From NCBI RefSeq assembly GCF_009914755.1, contig NC_060947.1: 64,000 nucleotides of DNA. One strand, written 5' to 3'. The notes beneath the pieces were generated by a model. That model saw only the letters and a program-made list of their open reading frames with translations. It ran no database searches and was not told the DNA's origin. Source of the stretch: the human T2T-CHM13v2.0 reference genome, Homo sapiens. Of the stretch, positions 1 to 17,619 are shown piece after piece. The position numbers and the translations under genes were made by a program. Numbering within the stretch: position 1 is the first letter of the stretch; the number at the start of each line of letters is the position of its first letter.

Positions 1-986
1 GCCTTTTGCACTTCCCTAGCAGAGGTTCTCCATGAAGGCTCTGCCCCTGCAGCTGGCTTCTCCCTGGACATCCAGGCATTTCCATACATCCTCTGAAATC
101 TTGTTGGAGGTTCCCCAGCCTCAATATGTGTCTTCTGTGCACACTCAGACTCAACACCACATAGAAGCCACCAATGCTTGGGGCTTGCACCCTCTGAAGC
201 AATGGCCTGAGCTGTAGCTTGGCTCCTTTTAGCCACTGCTGGAGCAGCTGGGACACAGTGCACCAAGTCCTGAGGCTACACACAGCAGGGGAACCCTGGA
301 CCTGGCCCAGGAAACCATTTTTCCCTCCTAGGCCTCTGGGCCTTTTATGAGAGGGGCTGCCATGAAGTCTCTTACATGCCCTGGAAAAGTTTTTCACATT
401 GTCTTGGTTATTAGCATTTGGCTCCTTGTTACTTATGCAAATTTTTGCATCAGGCTTGCATTTCTCCCCAGAAAATGGATTTTTCTTTGTTACTGCATCA
501 TCAGGCTGCAAATTTTCCAAACTTTTATTCTCTGTTACCTCTTGAAAGCTTTTCTGCTTAGAAATTTCTTCTGCCAGATACTCTAAATCCTCTTTCAAGT
601 TCAAAGCTTCACAGATTTCTAGGGCAGGGGCAAAATGTCATCAGTCTCTTTGCTAAAGCATCTCAAGAGTGACATTTACTCCAGTTCCGATAAGTTCCTA
701 ATCTCCATCTGAGACCACCTCAGCCAGGACTTCGTTGTCCATATCACTATCTGCATTTTGGTCAAAGCCATTCAAGAAGTCTATAGGAAGTTCCAAACCA
801 TCCCACTTCTTCCTGTCTTCTGAGCCTTCCAAGTCTCTAGGAAGTTGCAAACTTTCCCACATTTTCCTGTCTTCTTCTGTGCCCTCCAAACTGTTCCAAA
901 CTCTGCCTGTTAACCAGTTCCAAAGTTGCTTCCTCATTTTTGGGTGTCTTAATAGCAGTAGCCCACTCTCTGAGGTACCAATTTAC
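1..986 (-). mobile_element. THE1 (MaLR) internal region, continuing off the window start
   Basis: Resembles THE1-int. It ends in GGTACCAATTTAC (minus strand GTAAATTGGTACC, the THE1-int 5' start) directly next to an LTR. ORF 698..937(-) is the degenerate MaLR internal ORF. Confidence 0.9.
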
Positions 987-1359
987 TTTATCAGCCTGTC
1001 TCATGCTACTATAAAGAACTGTCTGAAACTGGGTAATTTATAAAGGAAAGAGGTTTAATTGACTTATAGTTCTGCAGGATTGGGGAGGCCTTAGGAAACT
1101 TACAATCATGGTGGAAGGGGAAGCAAACGCATTCTTGTTCACATGGCGGTAGGAAGGAGAGTTGCCACGAAAGGGTGGAAAAGCCCCTAATAAAACCATA
1201 GATCTCATGAAAACTCACTAACTATCATGAGAACATCATTGAGGAAATCACCTTCATGATTTGATTACCTCCAACCAGGTTCCTCCTATGACACATGGGG
1301 ATTATGGGATTACAATTCAAGATGAGATTTGGGTGGGGACAGAGATCCAAACTATATCT
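987..1359 (-). mobile_element. THE1C/D-type 5' LTR
   Basis: Contains CTGGGTAATTTATAAAGGAAAGAGGTTTAATTGAC ... GAGATTTGGGTGGGGACA ... AAACTATATC, the reverse complement of the THE1 LTR. Confidence 0.92.
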
Positions 1360-1578
1360 TAAAGGACATGCTTCCAAGGTTACTCAATTGCCTGGCTGGC
1401 AGGTTGGTGCTGACTTTGGTAGAAGGCCTCAGTCTCTCCATGTAGGCATCACAACAATATTGTTTGAATGTTCTTAGGCATGTAGGCTGGATTCCATCAG
1501 AGTGAGCTATCTAAGAGAGTGAAGCAGAATTGTCAATGTTCTTTATGACCTAGTCATGAACATCATACATCATCATAT
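1360..1578 (-). mobile_element. MLT1 (J/I/K-like) LTR fragment interrupted by THE1
   Basis: GGCTGGCAGGTTGGTGCTG ... GGCCTCAG ... TTTATGACCTAGTC is similar to the split MLT1 LTR at 5875-6847. Confidence 0.7.
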
Positions 1579-1579
1579 T

Positions 1580-4300
1580 TAAGCCCTTGAAGAGGCTGAG
1601 ACCAGCATTCAAAAGGATTTGGGGATCATAGGGGAGCAGATAATGTACTCTGAGACAACAAGTCATATACCCTTATCTGCAGTTTTAGCTGTAATGCACA
1701 CAGTAGCTTAGCTTTGATGCTTAGATGACCAGATTCTGCAGTTGATTTGATTCTACAATGGGTTGAGGCTTGTCTATTTATGCTGAGGAAAAGTGAGGGA
1801 GGTAATGGATTTGAATATGGATAGCTCTGTTTCACTTTGGATCACACATGTTCATGTGGGGATGGGATGTAGGAGGTGGGGGTGGATGAGATGCTGAGGA
1901 ATGTAGAATGAAAGCAAAAGAACATGTGAAAGGGCAAAAGAAAAGACCCTGAATCCTTCTAGTACACATGGGCTCATGCCAGTGGAAAAAAAACGGGGGG
2001 CAGTTTAAAAGAATTCACTGCAGCTGCATTCCACTTCACATTTTCATTACCCAGAGCTAGGGCTAGGGATAATACTTTCTCTTGGCAGTTGTGATTTTAA
2101 CCCTGTAAGTGGTAAATGTAACTGCTAGAAGTGAGCAAAACTTTCGGACAAAATAGAAGGAAGAATTAATAATTTTTTAACTGCTTTGTATTGTATTGTT
2201 TTCTGTGCTATTGCATCTGTGTGTATGGTGGCAATCAATGTTGGATATTATATGCTTGTCGTAAATGTTAAGAGATAGATCATCCCTGATCAGGGAAAGC
2301 TGCAAAGACAAATGTTGGTAGGGCAAACTGCTTCTTGCTTCCTCTGGGTGAGACAGAGGAAAAAAAACTGCTGGCTTTTTACCATCAAAAAGGAGACCTA
2401 AAATCTTGTTAAACTCTAGGTATAGGAGACACAACAGGTCTTCTTGATGGATTTTTTTTTTTTTTTTTGCTGTGATTTCTGCCTCTGGAAAGGAACTAAG
2501 CAAAGGAAGACAGCTGGAACGCCTATCTGCTGACAAAGGTACACTTGGAATTTTAGGCAGGCTACTAGATACATATCGTTTTGAAAAGTAGCTTTGAAGC
2601 ATGCAAATGAGCTCTTATGGAAAAGAGAAGCACACTTTTGGGGGGTGGATCAACTCAGACTCAATGACTGGTAAAAAAGGGGCTTAAGAAAGAAAAGCCT
2701 TGCAAGAAAGCCCAGATTAACCCAGCAGAGTCCTAGCTTTGCCTGAAAAGGGGGCAGCTATGCCCTCTGCTTCCTATTCTAAAAAAAACAATTCAGGATT
2801 TTGAACCAGTCATTTCCCTGGGCTTGATGTGTTCTTGTTTTTTTTTTTTTGTAAACCCAGGTCAGGTTGGCTGGAAAGGGAACTGGCATATTCAGACTTT
2901 AAGTTTTATGAAAATGTACTTCTGTAAAAAGGCTTTTGTTTCTCTTCTACCAGAATGTTCTGAACAAAAGATCTAAAAGTAGAAGATGACTAGAAAAACT
3001 ATAAAGTTAGAGTTAATGAAATGGGACACCCAGATTTTATAACAATGGAGGGAAAGCAAAAACCATGCCATTGGGAAAGGGTAAAGTTAAACCTCTAAGA
3101 AGTGTAGAGGAAAAGGGACATTAAGGAGCTCTGTCTTTTAGAAAGTGTCCCTGGAGTACTGGTCCACGCTGTTCTGCCAACTGACTGCTCTGGTTGGAAG
3201 GAGTTCTTTTAAACTGCTTTCATGCCATTGTGAGGGCTTTGAATTCAGGTTACCTGCTGAGCCAACCATCCCTTGCAAGAGAGCTGGGGATGGCCTCAGC
3301 TTCCACTTTTCAACACAAGGTACCTACAGATGTCATCAACATCTCGTGGAACAGATAAATTGGTGTGGTGGGTTAGCAGAATTGCCGGAAACTGACTGCC
3401 TTCAAGGGGTCCCTCTGAATCACAGACTGAATTGAACTAAAATATTCTGACTCAACTGCCGCGGGGTGGGGGTTTCCAAAATTTACCGATCGATGGGAGT
3501 TGTGAGACTAGATTGGAGGCTCTATTTGTGCTGCCTGGCTGATGTATGTCTTGCATAGGAGCCCCCAACAGTTGTAAATTCTTTATCTCCAGGAGTAACA
3601 TATATGACCTCTGGAATTGTGCTTCTTGTGTCCTCTGTGTAAAAAGCATATATTAACTTACCTCTCTCTAGCTCTGATTGGTACCTAGGGATAGATAGCA
3701 ACACATTAAAGTGTTCAGAGATATATTCTGTAGAATTTTTTCTACAATAGGACTTACTCCATTAGAAAGGTGGTGTGAAATGTGTCCCAGATTTTATTGC
3801 AAGTGTATCATGACCCCATCTTAGTCTGGAAGGCATTTAACAGGCAGCTTCATCTCACTGACCAGAGTTGTATAAACAAAATTTACTATAGATTGCTTCC
3901 TTGCAGATCAAAGTGAAGTCTGAGAAAATTATTGATATTTCTGTTGTACCTTGTGTGTATGCTTCTGGCTAGTTGGACAAAGTTAATACAGACACTTAAG
4001 TGGGAAGCCACGGGGCTTTCGAAGATAAACCTTTATCGTTAATGAGATTTGTTCAACCGATGAAACCCAAGACCCTTGGAAGGTGTGGCTAAGAATAATA
4101 ATGCAGATTTGATCTCATCTTACCCTTGGAGTCCTGTCAATAGTTGAATAACTTGTTTCAACAGACTGAACATATTTGGTCCTAGTTCTTGTTGGTCAGA
4201 TTAAAACAAAATAACGAATAATGTGGCATATTATGAACAAATTTACCAGAAGACAACAAAGGAAAAATTTTGAGGTATGGAGAGAATATTTATGAGTACA
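1580..4300 (+). mobile_element. Ancient ERV1-class internal remnant (integrase C-terminus plus env TM fragments)
   Basis: Frameshifted PW..GP..VL.TDCS..LEGV...FHA integrase-like motif at ~3148-3230. Degenerate immunosuppressive-domain/CX6CC-like stretch (SLTRVV...IDCFLADQSEV...SCCT..YASG) at ~3855-3980. The 5' boundary is uncertain. Confidence 0.6.
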
Positions 4301-4305
4301 TGCAG

Positions 4306-4900
4306 ATGTGGGGCATTCTGAAATAAATTATGCTAAAAACTCAGGATCCTGGACTAAGAGCCAAACTTAAGAAGATAATTTACAATTGTATAGATAATGA
4401 GAGAACTCCAAAAATATTTGCCTAATTCTAAAGGTATGTGTTTTAATTTAAAGGGAAAATGAGGCCTGGAACCTTGGAAAAACTCTAAGTCATAAAAGCC
4501 ATTGACACCAAGGCCCTTGGTAAGATGTATTTACACTTTTAAAAGTTAGAATGATAACCTAGGATTCTTTCCATTCTGTTTCCAAGAGCAAAGGTTATTA
4601 TCTACCTCCTTTTGGGAGGAAAGCAGATGTAAGTCTTTCTTTCTCCAACTTGTAAGCAGGGAAAATATTTTTTTCACTATCTCTTGCCTGTGGACACTTT
4701 GTATAGATTTGTATACACTTTGCCCACTTGTATAGATTCCTCCATCTAGCTTTTATTATATTGCCCCACTGGTAAGGACAAGGTCATTGGGAAACCAACA
4801 CAGTTATTATGCAGACATTAATAAATCATCTGTGTATTATCCAAAACACTTTGTCCACACATTGGCGATAAAATGAATACAGATAAGTATAAAAAACCCA
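4306..4900 (+). mobile_element. Probable 3' LTR of the ancient ERV1 element
   Basis: Follows the env remnant, starts near a TG and has AATAAA at ~4820. Family not identified and boundaries approximate. Confidence 0.4.
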
Positions 4901-4904
4901 ACAG

Positions 4905-5874
4905 TGTAGCATAGGAGAAGCCAGGTGGCATCTTTAACACTGTGCCTAGAAATCTCCTTGGCTAGATCACCCACTTCATTAGGTACATACCCTGTCTTTC
5001 ATGCTAATACATGTTCTGATGTGGGTTAAATGCTTGCCATTACAAAACAAGAGTTTTCTATCTTCTATTTTCCAATAACATTTTTTAATTTTCCTTTAAC
5101 TCTTTACCAAAACAGCCATTTCAAGGGTGATCAGGGTTCTGCTAACAGTTTCTTTAAGGCTATTTAGGCTGACAAAGTCCAGAATGTGCTACAGTAGCAT
5201 AAGAATTATTTTGAGCTCAAGACATTTGAGAATCAGCAAATGCAGAAAGAGGCTTTCCCTGAACTCCCCTTATCTTCCTAAAAGTAGATCCTCAGAAAGA
5301 AAATAACTCAATTGTCATGAATCTCCTCCCTGGGAGTTTCATCACCCTGGAAAGATTGACTTTTATCACAGCAGAAAGGATAATAAGTTGACACCACACC
5401 CAGACAGACATTGTCACAGACAATGTATTATCTCCCATGTATATTTCATGTATATATCTCCCATATATTGTCCTAAGGGCCCATTTATATTTCCTAACTA
5501 AAATTTATTTGCTCTCCCATTAAGTGGCCTTTCTTCTTCTCCCTTTCCTCTATTAAGATGGTATTTAAGTTCTCAAATCTCACCGCTATTGGGTATTTAC
5601 TCTTTTTCTGTGATGTCTCTGTGCACATACAAATAAAAATTAATCGAGTTGAATTTTTTTTTTTTTTTGCCTGTTTATCTGTCTATTGTCAGGTCCCCAT
5701 TTACTAAACCTAAGAAGACAGAGAAAACTTTTTTTACTTTTTATTTTGTACAAGGCTTTCAGTGGCATTCTTCTCAAGGTCCTTCTGGCTTATTCCTATA
5801 GCCCTATACCAATGCCACCTCAATATTTTAAGCTTTTTTTATGACATCATCCTACTTCTAGGTAGGAAAATTTG
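4905..5874 (-). mobile_element. MLT1 internal region, interrupted by a solo LTR
   Basis: MLT1-int-like text (CTAGAAATCTCCTTGGCTAGATCACCC; CCAATGCCAC...TTTTAAG...CTACTTCTAGGTA) resumes after the 5170-5752 insertion. Confidence 0.65.
5170..5752 (+). mobile_element. MER34-family solo LTR
   Basis: TG...CA ends with a 4-bp TSD AGGC (5166-5169 / 5753-5756). GCATAAGAATTATTTTGAGCT motif and AATAAA at ~5632. Confidence 0.75.
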
Positions 5875-6847
5875 TACTTGTTATGGAATTCTGTATAACA
5901 GATTACTCAAAACTTATTTCTCACAGTATCTGTAGGTAAGAAAATTGGGAGTGTTTTGGCAAGGCAGTTACTGTTTGATGTTTCTAATAAGATTGCAGTT
6001 AGATGTCAACTAGGGCAGTTGTCAACAGGAAACATGACTGGAGATAGAGGATCTGCTCCATTATGGCTTGTTTACATTGCTGGCAAGTTAATGCTGGCTG
6101 TTGGTGGGAAGTCTTAGTACTACAGGGAAAAAGAAGTATTTTTTATCCCTATAACAAGGTTCACAGCTGAGGCATTGGTAACAAAAGGCAGATTATCAAA
6201 AGAAAAGCCTACACATTTTTTAAATGTAAGTTTTATGTGGCATCAAAGCCTTCAGAAATGACTGAAAGAAACAGGTGGGCATATGTATTTTTATGCTTAG
6301 GTATGATGAAGAGTAGATGGCCATGGGTAAATACGATTGAAAACAAAAAAGTGTGATCAGAGGACAAAAGGGTGTGATATAATGGTAGTAAACTGGGAGG
6401 AACTTAGCAAGACCAACTTGTTCAGATTCTTCTTGGCATATCTGTGTCTTTAGTAATAAGGATGTTTCTTTCCTCCAGTATAGGGTGGAGACATCTCAAA
6501 TGAGAATCTTATAACCTGCTTCAGAGGAGAAAGGTGAGGGGAAGGAGAGAGTGATCTTCCTGCTTCTAGTGTTTTCTCAAATGCCACGATGCCATATTTT
6601 GTGGTAGCACGTCCTGAACTCCATCAATACATGTCCATGTATGCTTCTGCACAAGAATGCTTGAGTTTTCCCAATGACATCATAGCTGTCTTTCCCTAGA
6701 GCAAGCAATCAAGAAGATGAAATGCCCCTTACGGCCTAGCCTCAGAAGTTGCACAGTGTCACCTCTGAATATTTTATGGGTCACAACAAGGCCATAAATG
6801 CCAGAATTTGAGAATCTTTGGGCGCATCTTGGGAGCTGGCTATCACA
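5875..6847 (-). mobile_element. MLT1 (J-like) 5' LTR split by a MER39-like LTR
   Basis: Left part 5875-6120 and right part 6627-6847, ending GGCTATCACA. Confidence 0.7.
6121..6626 (-). mobile_element. MER39-like solo LTR
   Basis: Ends GCCATATTTTGTGGTAGCACGTCCTGAACTCCATCA (reverse complement of the MER39-type start). Near-TSD GTAC/ATAC. Confidence 0.7.
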
Positions 6848-7079
6848 CAATAAAATGGTCTAAGTATAACAGATGCAGGATCTAGCACTTGAACATAGTA
6901 CTAGGGATTCTTGCTATCATTGGCCTGTGATTATGTCAGAAGGGTTTTCAGGGAGGGGTGTTGGAACCCTAGGTGCTGGGTGGCATTGGAGGGTCAGACT
7001 GAGACCTAGGCTATTTACTGACTGAAACTGTCAGCTGAATATTAATTACACACAACGTGCGCACACACAAACACCCCTA

Positions 7080-9681
<2,602 letters not shown>

Positions 9682-10907
9682 AAAAAAAGAATAACACATC
9701 CTTTTAAGGTTGTTGTGTGAAAAAAATATCAAATTAGAATCAAAAGCATTCCACAAAATCGATCTTTATTACATTTTCATTCTCTTCTCCATCAAGATGT
9801 CTGACACATTTTAACATTTAGTTGTTCTCCAACTCTCAGTGGCTCCATACACTCATTTTCCTTTCCCGCTTAATTATTCATTCTTTTTTAAACAGGATTC
9901 CTATCTTAAACATACTTTTTGTTTCTATCCCCATATGTGAGAAGTACTGATGCTGGACATATAACCTATTATTGAATAATAAATCCTTATTGAGTTGGCT
10001 AACTCCTCCATCTCCTTATTATTTAGTTAATATTTTAGCAACTGTCTCCCAAATTTAAAGCCTGTATTTTAAAAAGTATGTTGAGCTACTGCCCCAAGGA
10101 TCACTAATTTTAATCAAATACTCTTTAGGAATTTCAAAATGTATAAGGAATCAGAAAATATTATTCTAATATCATGTGAGGGGAGTATACTGTTACTTCT
10201 AGGGCGGGGATAACAAAATTATTTGAGGGGTACTTTAAAACATGTACACATTCTCCCGATATTCTGTATTTACTACCTAAAGGTTTTGGACACTCACCAA
10301 CAGTACCTGCCCATACTTTCTGGCCCCATTCCCCACTTCAGTAGCTAATCTTTTTTCCTGTATTTTTTCTTAAAAATAAAAAAAAAACTTTTCCTTTTTT
10401 TTTTCTTTTTAGAAACATTGATCTAGAAAATAGTTACAATTTGATTGGTTCTTATAAATTAAACGTTTTTATTTTCTTGAGATGTTGAAACAAATCTTCT
10501 TGTTTTGACTTGTGTAAGTTTTTATTTTGTTATATGTTGTTGGAACAGAGATCTGAGTGCTTATGAGAATTGACTTAGATGATAATCTTTAAATGCAGTT
10601 TCTAAATTTGGAAGACTAGAAAATAGTCAATTGCTTACAAAATATAAATGAGCACATTTTCAAAGAACAAATAAAAAATCTTCACATCTTTTTTTGTCTT
10701 TCCCATGCTTTGTGCTTACAAAGTATCTTTCTCTTTCTCACTTTTTCTAAAAGTTTTCAGGATTTTGTCAAATCCATATCTTGACCATATTGTCTCAGTT
10801 GAAATTGGAAGTATCATCTTTATTGTTTTGAATAATTTAAAGCTGAAGCCTACAGTTGTCACTCATTGGTTTTTGTGCTTTCTGACTAGATGTGTGTGTG
10901 TGTCTTA

Positions 10908-11132
<225 letters not shown>

Positions 11133-12744
11133 TTATTATTCTTTAAGTAATTCATTTTCAGGTAGACACTTTCAGGTACAAACACTAAACATGGTTTGAT
11201 TGTAAATCTTTTATGTGCTTAGACCATGTATCTAATAATTTATTTCCAGAATCTGCTATCTAAGTTTGATCCAAGTTCATTTCAGACTCCTTGTTTCTGG
11301 TGCAATGCAGTGAAAGAGTCTGACGTCAACACTTATTACTATCTTTCAACTAACCATCAGCACAGAGGCAGCTGCACAATGACAATTCTACAAGGTGCTT
11401 TTCTAGTGGTTTAGCCACACTTGTGGCAAAGTTAAACTCTGTGGTCAGAGGAAATATAAGTAAGACAACTTGAACAAGAACAAAAAATATGTCCTCCGAA
11501 ATGATCACGATTGTCAAATTTCTCATAGAACATATACATTATGCAGGGCTGGGTAAAACTGCACAGGCTCTTCCTTTTAACAGGATATTGGGAGTTGGAG
11601 GAGTGGAGGTGAAATCCAATTCTCATTCCACCTGCTAAACCTGTTATTCTGGTGATAGACTGCATCTGACCAGACAAGGTGACTGTTTCTAACTCATGTA
11701 AAGACGTCTTCTATCAGTGCTCCTGAGCCTGAAGGCACTGAAGCACCAGGGTTTTTGTTGTTTCTGTAGTTGTTATTTAACCAATGTAACCTATTGATGA
11801 CAAATATTTTTGTAAGTTTTAAATTTTTTATTTTTATTTTTAGTCTTTGTAAAATAAAATAGAAAATATAAAATACATACTGTACAAAGTACAAGCTCAA
11901 AACTTTATATTAAGCAAAAATAAAATTACATTTCTATAATATAATTAGAACATATATAAAATAGAGAATCAAGAAAGTACATTGTCCATTGAAAATGTGC
12001 ATATGATCAATTAATATAAAGTCTCCCTATTAAACTTAAAACTTATTAGTTCACAATTATGTCTAAAGTTTTAAAAAATGATTATAATAGCAGTTCTGAA
12101 TATTAAATGCCTATACACACAGTTTGAATTAATACCTTGGTTATCAATTTTAAATATTTTAATGTGAAGCAGTAGTGTGCATATTGTTTAATCTAATTTG
12201 GTTTGACAACACTAGTCATGGGATAATGCATATCTAAACTGTTTGTACACTTTATTTTAATAACATTCATAGTAAAGAATAAGTCTCATAGATGTATGTT
12301 GAAGGGAATAGAAGAGAAATTTTTAAAAATTTCAGCAAACTTCAGATACTAACATTTAAGTTTTATACATAACAAGGCCAAAAAGAGCATATTTTGAAAA
12401 TTTTCTTAAAACCTTCATCGGTAGCCAGATCCACCAATTTATATTATAAAGCTTTTGATAGGTTGAAATTATTTCTCAAGGAAAGAAAAGAATTTAAAAT
12501 TTTTCAAATTTACGAATTTTCTCTGTATGGATTTTCTTCTGAAGGAATATGAAATTCAGCACATTCTACCTAATTTGTGATGTGTTTGGTGGTACCTTTT
12601 TATAAATGTGCAATATGGAGATCATCATCTCCTTATTGATAATTGTCCAATTGCGTAGCACAGCATAATAATCTATAAAACTTTTGGCCAAGCGCTCATT
12701 ATATCCGATTTATAATCCTCTTTTTTCTGTTGTTTTTTTTCCTG

Positions 12745-13451
<707 letters not shown>

Positions 13452-14783
13452 ATCTACTCTTTCAGGGTTCTTTCTCTTTTGCCCTTTGATTTTAACTGCC
13501 ACTGAAATACATGTTCTCTCCTTTCTTTCTATGGAAATTGTTTAATGATTAAATTTATCAGATAAATAAAATAAATGAGAAAGCCTGACTGTCCAATTTG
13601 TTTCTTTGAATATTTTGAACCAAACCACTTTTTTAACCTTGCAGAAACACTGAGATTGTGTTTAGTAATAACTATACCTTAGTATGCAACACGATTGTGT
13701 ATGATTAGCTAATAAATTTTCACACAATAAAGATAATAATCTTGAATGTATAACATTAATTTTATGTAATTCACTTTTTTTACTACTTCACTGAGCAAAC
13801 TATTTGGTTCAGCTGACCAGTTTTTGTAGCAAAACTTTCTCAGTGATGGAAATTCGTTTAAATTCAGAAGCCAGCACTTTAATCTGGATACATTCCTGCC
13901 ATTTTAGCTATTCCAACAGAATATACTCTTAGATAAAATTTGAACTCTAAGTCACATTTACTGATAATGTGCTTTTTTTCGTAGACTTATGTAGTTCAAA
14001 GTAGATGTGTTCATCAGCAAGGAAATGGGAAAAAACAATCTTCTTTCATATTGTTATTATGGTCAAATTTTACATTCTTGAAAAAAATTCCCATGCTATC
14101 AATTTGTGCCTTTGTCAAGTTGTACTTCAAATACTTAGCTAGCTGTATGTATTTTCTAAGTTAGCCTTCTATGTCATTTTTCATTTCCTGAGTATGTTGA
14201 GCTATAGTGTTATAGAAAAATGATGCCTTTTTTGGTCACATATCTGCCAAACATTTTAAGCAACCATCTTTGATGCAGTATTTTAACAATATTTCAGCAG
14301 ATGCATATATTTCCAGTCTTAGTAGTCTTAAGTTCTATATTAAAATAAATACTAGTATTTATGTGTAAAATATTGACTATCTGCATCTATCAATTTTTTA
14401 CACAATACTCTTTCTTTAAAAGATGTTGATTTTGATATTATCTCTTTTGGTTTTTATATAAATGCTACCTAAATTTTGATGGTTTTATTGCTTAGTAAGC
14501 CAGTATATCTCTACAAGCTATATATTATAGTTTTAGTACTTCGCAATAAATTATGGCTAAAACACTGAACTCGATATATGAAGGAGCACACTTTGAAGCA
14601 AAACTACTACAGACTATACTGGTTATTTATTTATTTTTCTAAGATCACATCCATCATCAACATTTAGTTTATAACAGCAACCACATCGAGAAAAAAAAAC
14701 GTACTTTTTCTTAACAAAAAAGATTAGTAAAGTTTGTTTTATCATCAGTGTATTGAAGTCAAATGTAAAGAATATAAATTTTA

Positions 14784-15087
<304 letters not shown>

Positions 15088-15402
15088 TTAATTTTCTAAT
15101 CTAGCTAGTAATGTTGAAACCATAAAAATATTCAGTCTTTATTAAATGTTAATGGATTACTAAAATGAAGTTTATAAATATAAATAAATATTTTTTCAGA
15201 TTCTTATATACTGTTGGGTTCATTTGGGAAATTAACCTTAAAATATAATTATCTTTTGTGTCGCAGCTGCTCCTGCCTAGTAAGCAACTCATGCTATATG
15301 CACTTTAGACATACATAAGACAATATCCCAAAAGATCTACATCCTGTTGAAGGAGGCAAGTTTACTAATCACATGCTTGATTGTTTTGACAATATTAGTG
15401 AA

Positions 15403-15743
15403 AATAGTTCTCCCTAATTTGCAGAGATACATTCCAAGATCCCCAGTGGATGCCTGAAACTGTGGATAGTACTGAACCCTTTATACAGTATATTTTTTTG
15501 TCTGATAACCAAGACAGCTACTAAGTGACTAAGAGGCAAGTATCGTCTACAGTGTGGATATACTGGACAAAAGGATGATCTATGTCCCAGAAAATATTTC
15601 ATTATGTTACTCAGAATGGTGTACAATTTTAAACTTATGAAATGTTTATTTCAGGAATTTTTTATTTAATATTTTTGGACCACAGTTGACCATGAGTAAC
15701 TGAAACTGAGGAAAGTGAGACTGTGTACTGTACTACAGTACTA
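15403..15743 (-). mobile_element. MER44 (Tigger7-derived MITE)
   Basis: CCCCAGTGGATGCCTGAAACTGTGGATAGTACTGAACCCT and GGACCACAGTTGACCATGAGTAACTGAAAC match the two MER44 ends. Confidence 0.85.
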
Positions 15744-16287
15744 CAAAAATATCTAACATCATTGGGATTACAAGTATGAGCCACCATGCCTTGCAAAACC
15801 ACCCTTTGAGTTACAATTACATATGGGTTAGTGGAGGCTTCCACACTTTTTCAGATGTAATAAAAGCACAATAATTGAAACTGGTTGATTGAAATTTTTT
15901 TTTTCTGAGCTGTTTTCTACACTTTTTTGGATCTTTGTATGCTGGTAACATTGTTTTAAGGCAAGAATGATACTGGTGATTGTTTTCCATTATCTGAATA
16001 TGTTGCTATTTCTTTTGTTGCAAAAAAGTTCACAATTCAAAAGTGTCTGATTTTACTTATAATACAGTAGATGAAACACTTTTTCAGGGTTATACTGAGC
16101 TTGTTACTGTTCAGATACAAACATAGGAAGAAACAACTGGGTGTGTTTCATGCAGTCCTTTTCATGTTTGAGAATGAAACAAAGGTGGGCTTTCACAATT
16201 TTTCATGGTATCTCTTAATCAAAATTTAAAAGGTCTTATTCTTACTGCCCCTTCCCTAAGTCTTAAAAGATTGCTGAGACTTACTCC

Positions 16288-16620
16288 TGTTGGGGCTCAG
16301 AAACCACCATCCCAAAATATGACATTTTGAAATGCTGAACAGAAGAAGAAGCCTCAGGGTCTCTCTGACCTTTCCCCTCAATACCTCTTCTTCCCCTTTT
16401 CATAACCTGTTTTACCAGGCTCCAAGCCCCCATTTTTTCTGTAACCTCAAGACGGTGTATAAGCTTCTGTTACTCATTAAAAAGTTGAGTCTTCATTCTG
16501 AAGGCTCCCACGTATACATATTAAGTAAATTTGTATGCCTTTTCTCTTATTAATTAATCTGTCTCATGTCAGGGATGTTTTAGCAAACCTTTAGGGAGCC
16601 AAGAGCCTATGGCACTCACA
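16288..16620 (+). mobile_element. MER93-like 5' LTR of a MER4-group provirus
   Basis: TGTTGGGGCTCAGAAAC...CCCAAAATATG start and CA end, followed by a degenerate PBS (TGGTACTATGAGCAAG). Confidence 0.7.
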
Positions 16621-17619
16621 GTATGGTACTATGAGCAAGATAAAGTTGCTCTGCTCTTATTAAAGCTACAGTGAAGAGAACTCAGGAACCTGACAAGCCA
16701 GCAAAAGGGTAAGGACTTCTTACCAATCAGGCTCCCAGTCTCTCTCTCTCGCTGTGCAATCTAGTTGAGCAGAAGGTAAAAATCAGTTTTGTCTCAAGGT
16801 TTTCATTACTGGGAAAAAAGCATTTATGTGATTAGTCTTGGGTTGTAGTGACTCTGCTGTACTTTTGGTACTTTGTAGTATGAATGCTCACATTGTTCGA
16901 TGCTTTACTTATCAGAATTAAATTCTTTTTGTGGTCATTTTCCTTTGTCTTTGTCTTTCTGTGCCATTCTGCCATAAAGAGGAGTACCATAGGGTAGAAC
17001 ACAGGCCTGGAACCCCTAGAAGCCTGCTGGATGAGCCAGTCCTGCAGACTAATCAGCTTTGCAATTATGACTAGACCAGAGTCTGTTAAGACAAGCATTT
17101 CTGTGGGTCCCTGAAATAAAAGCTGATGAGGTTTTCCTCTCATCTTGCCTTTTGTCCTTGAAAACTTGATTTGTGACTAAGTGGGGATACTGTCTTAGTG
17201 TATGCCAGCCAGAGGGTATCAGTTTTCAGGGTCAACTCAAGCAGCCATCCTGAAAAGATTGGGCATGCAGGATAAGTAAGATTTTAAGCCACACACTTTC
17301 ATTCTGAACGTTAAGTTCTTAGGGAAATTTTGTCTTAAAAGGCACCATCCCTACGAAAATTTTATCATCTTTACTCTCTTAAGTCTATTTCTGAGAGTAA
17401 GTTTTGGGGGATCTTGTGGACTGTCTTATGTATGCCATTCCAGGAAATATGGTAAAAACCCTGGAAATTCACTTGGGCTTTACATGACAGACTTTTGGAT
17501 TGAGTTGCTATTGAAATTAAGTGTGCAATTATAAATTCTAATTTACAGTGGCCACAAGGTCCCTTAAATTAGACTAAAATGCTAAATTAGAAAGGATGTT
17601 AGCGATGTCTTATTCTAAA

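Noticed and set aside
2177-2602. 141-aa minus-strand ORF
   Set aside because: Antisense to a degraded ERV internal region, includes a poly-T-derived Lys run, and has no recognisable domain.
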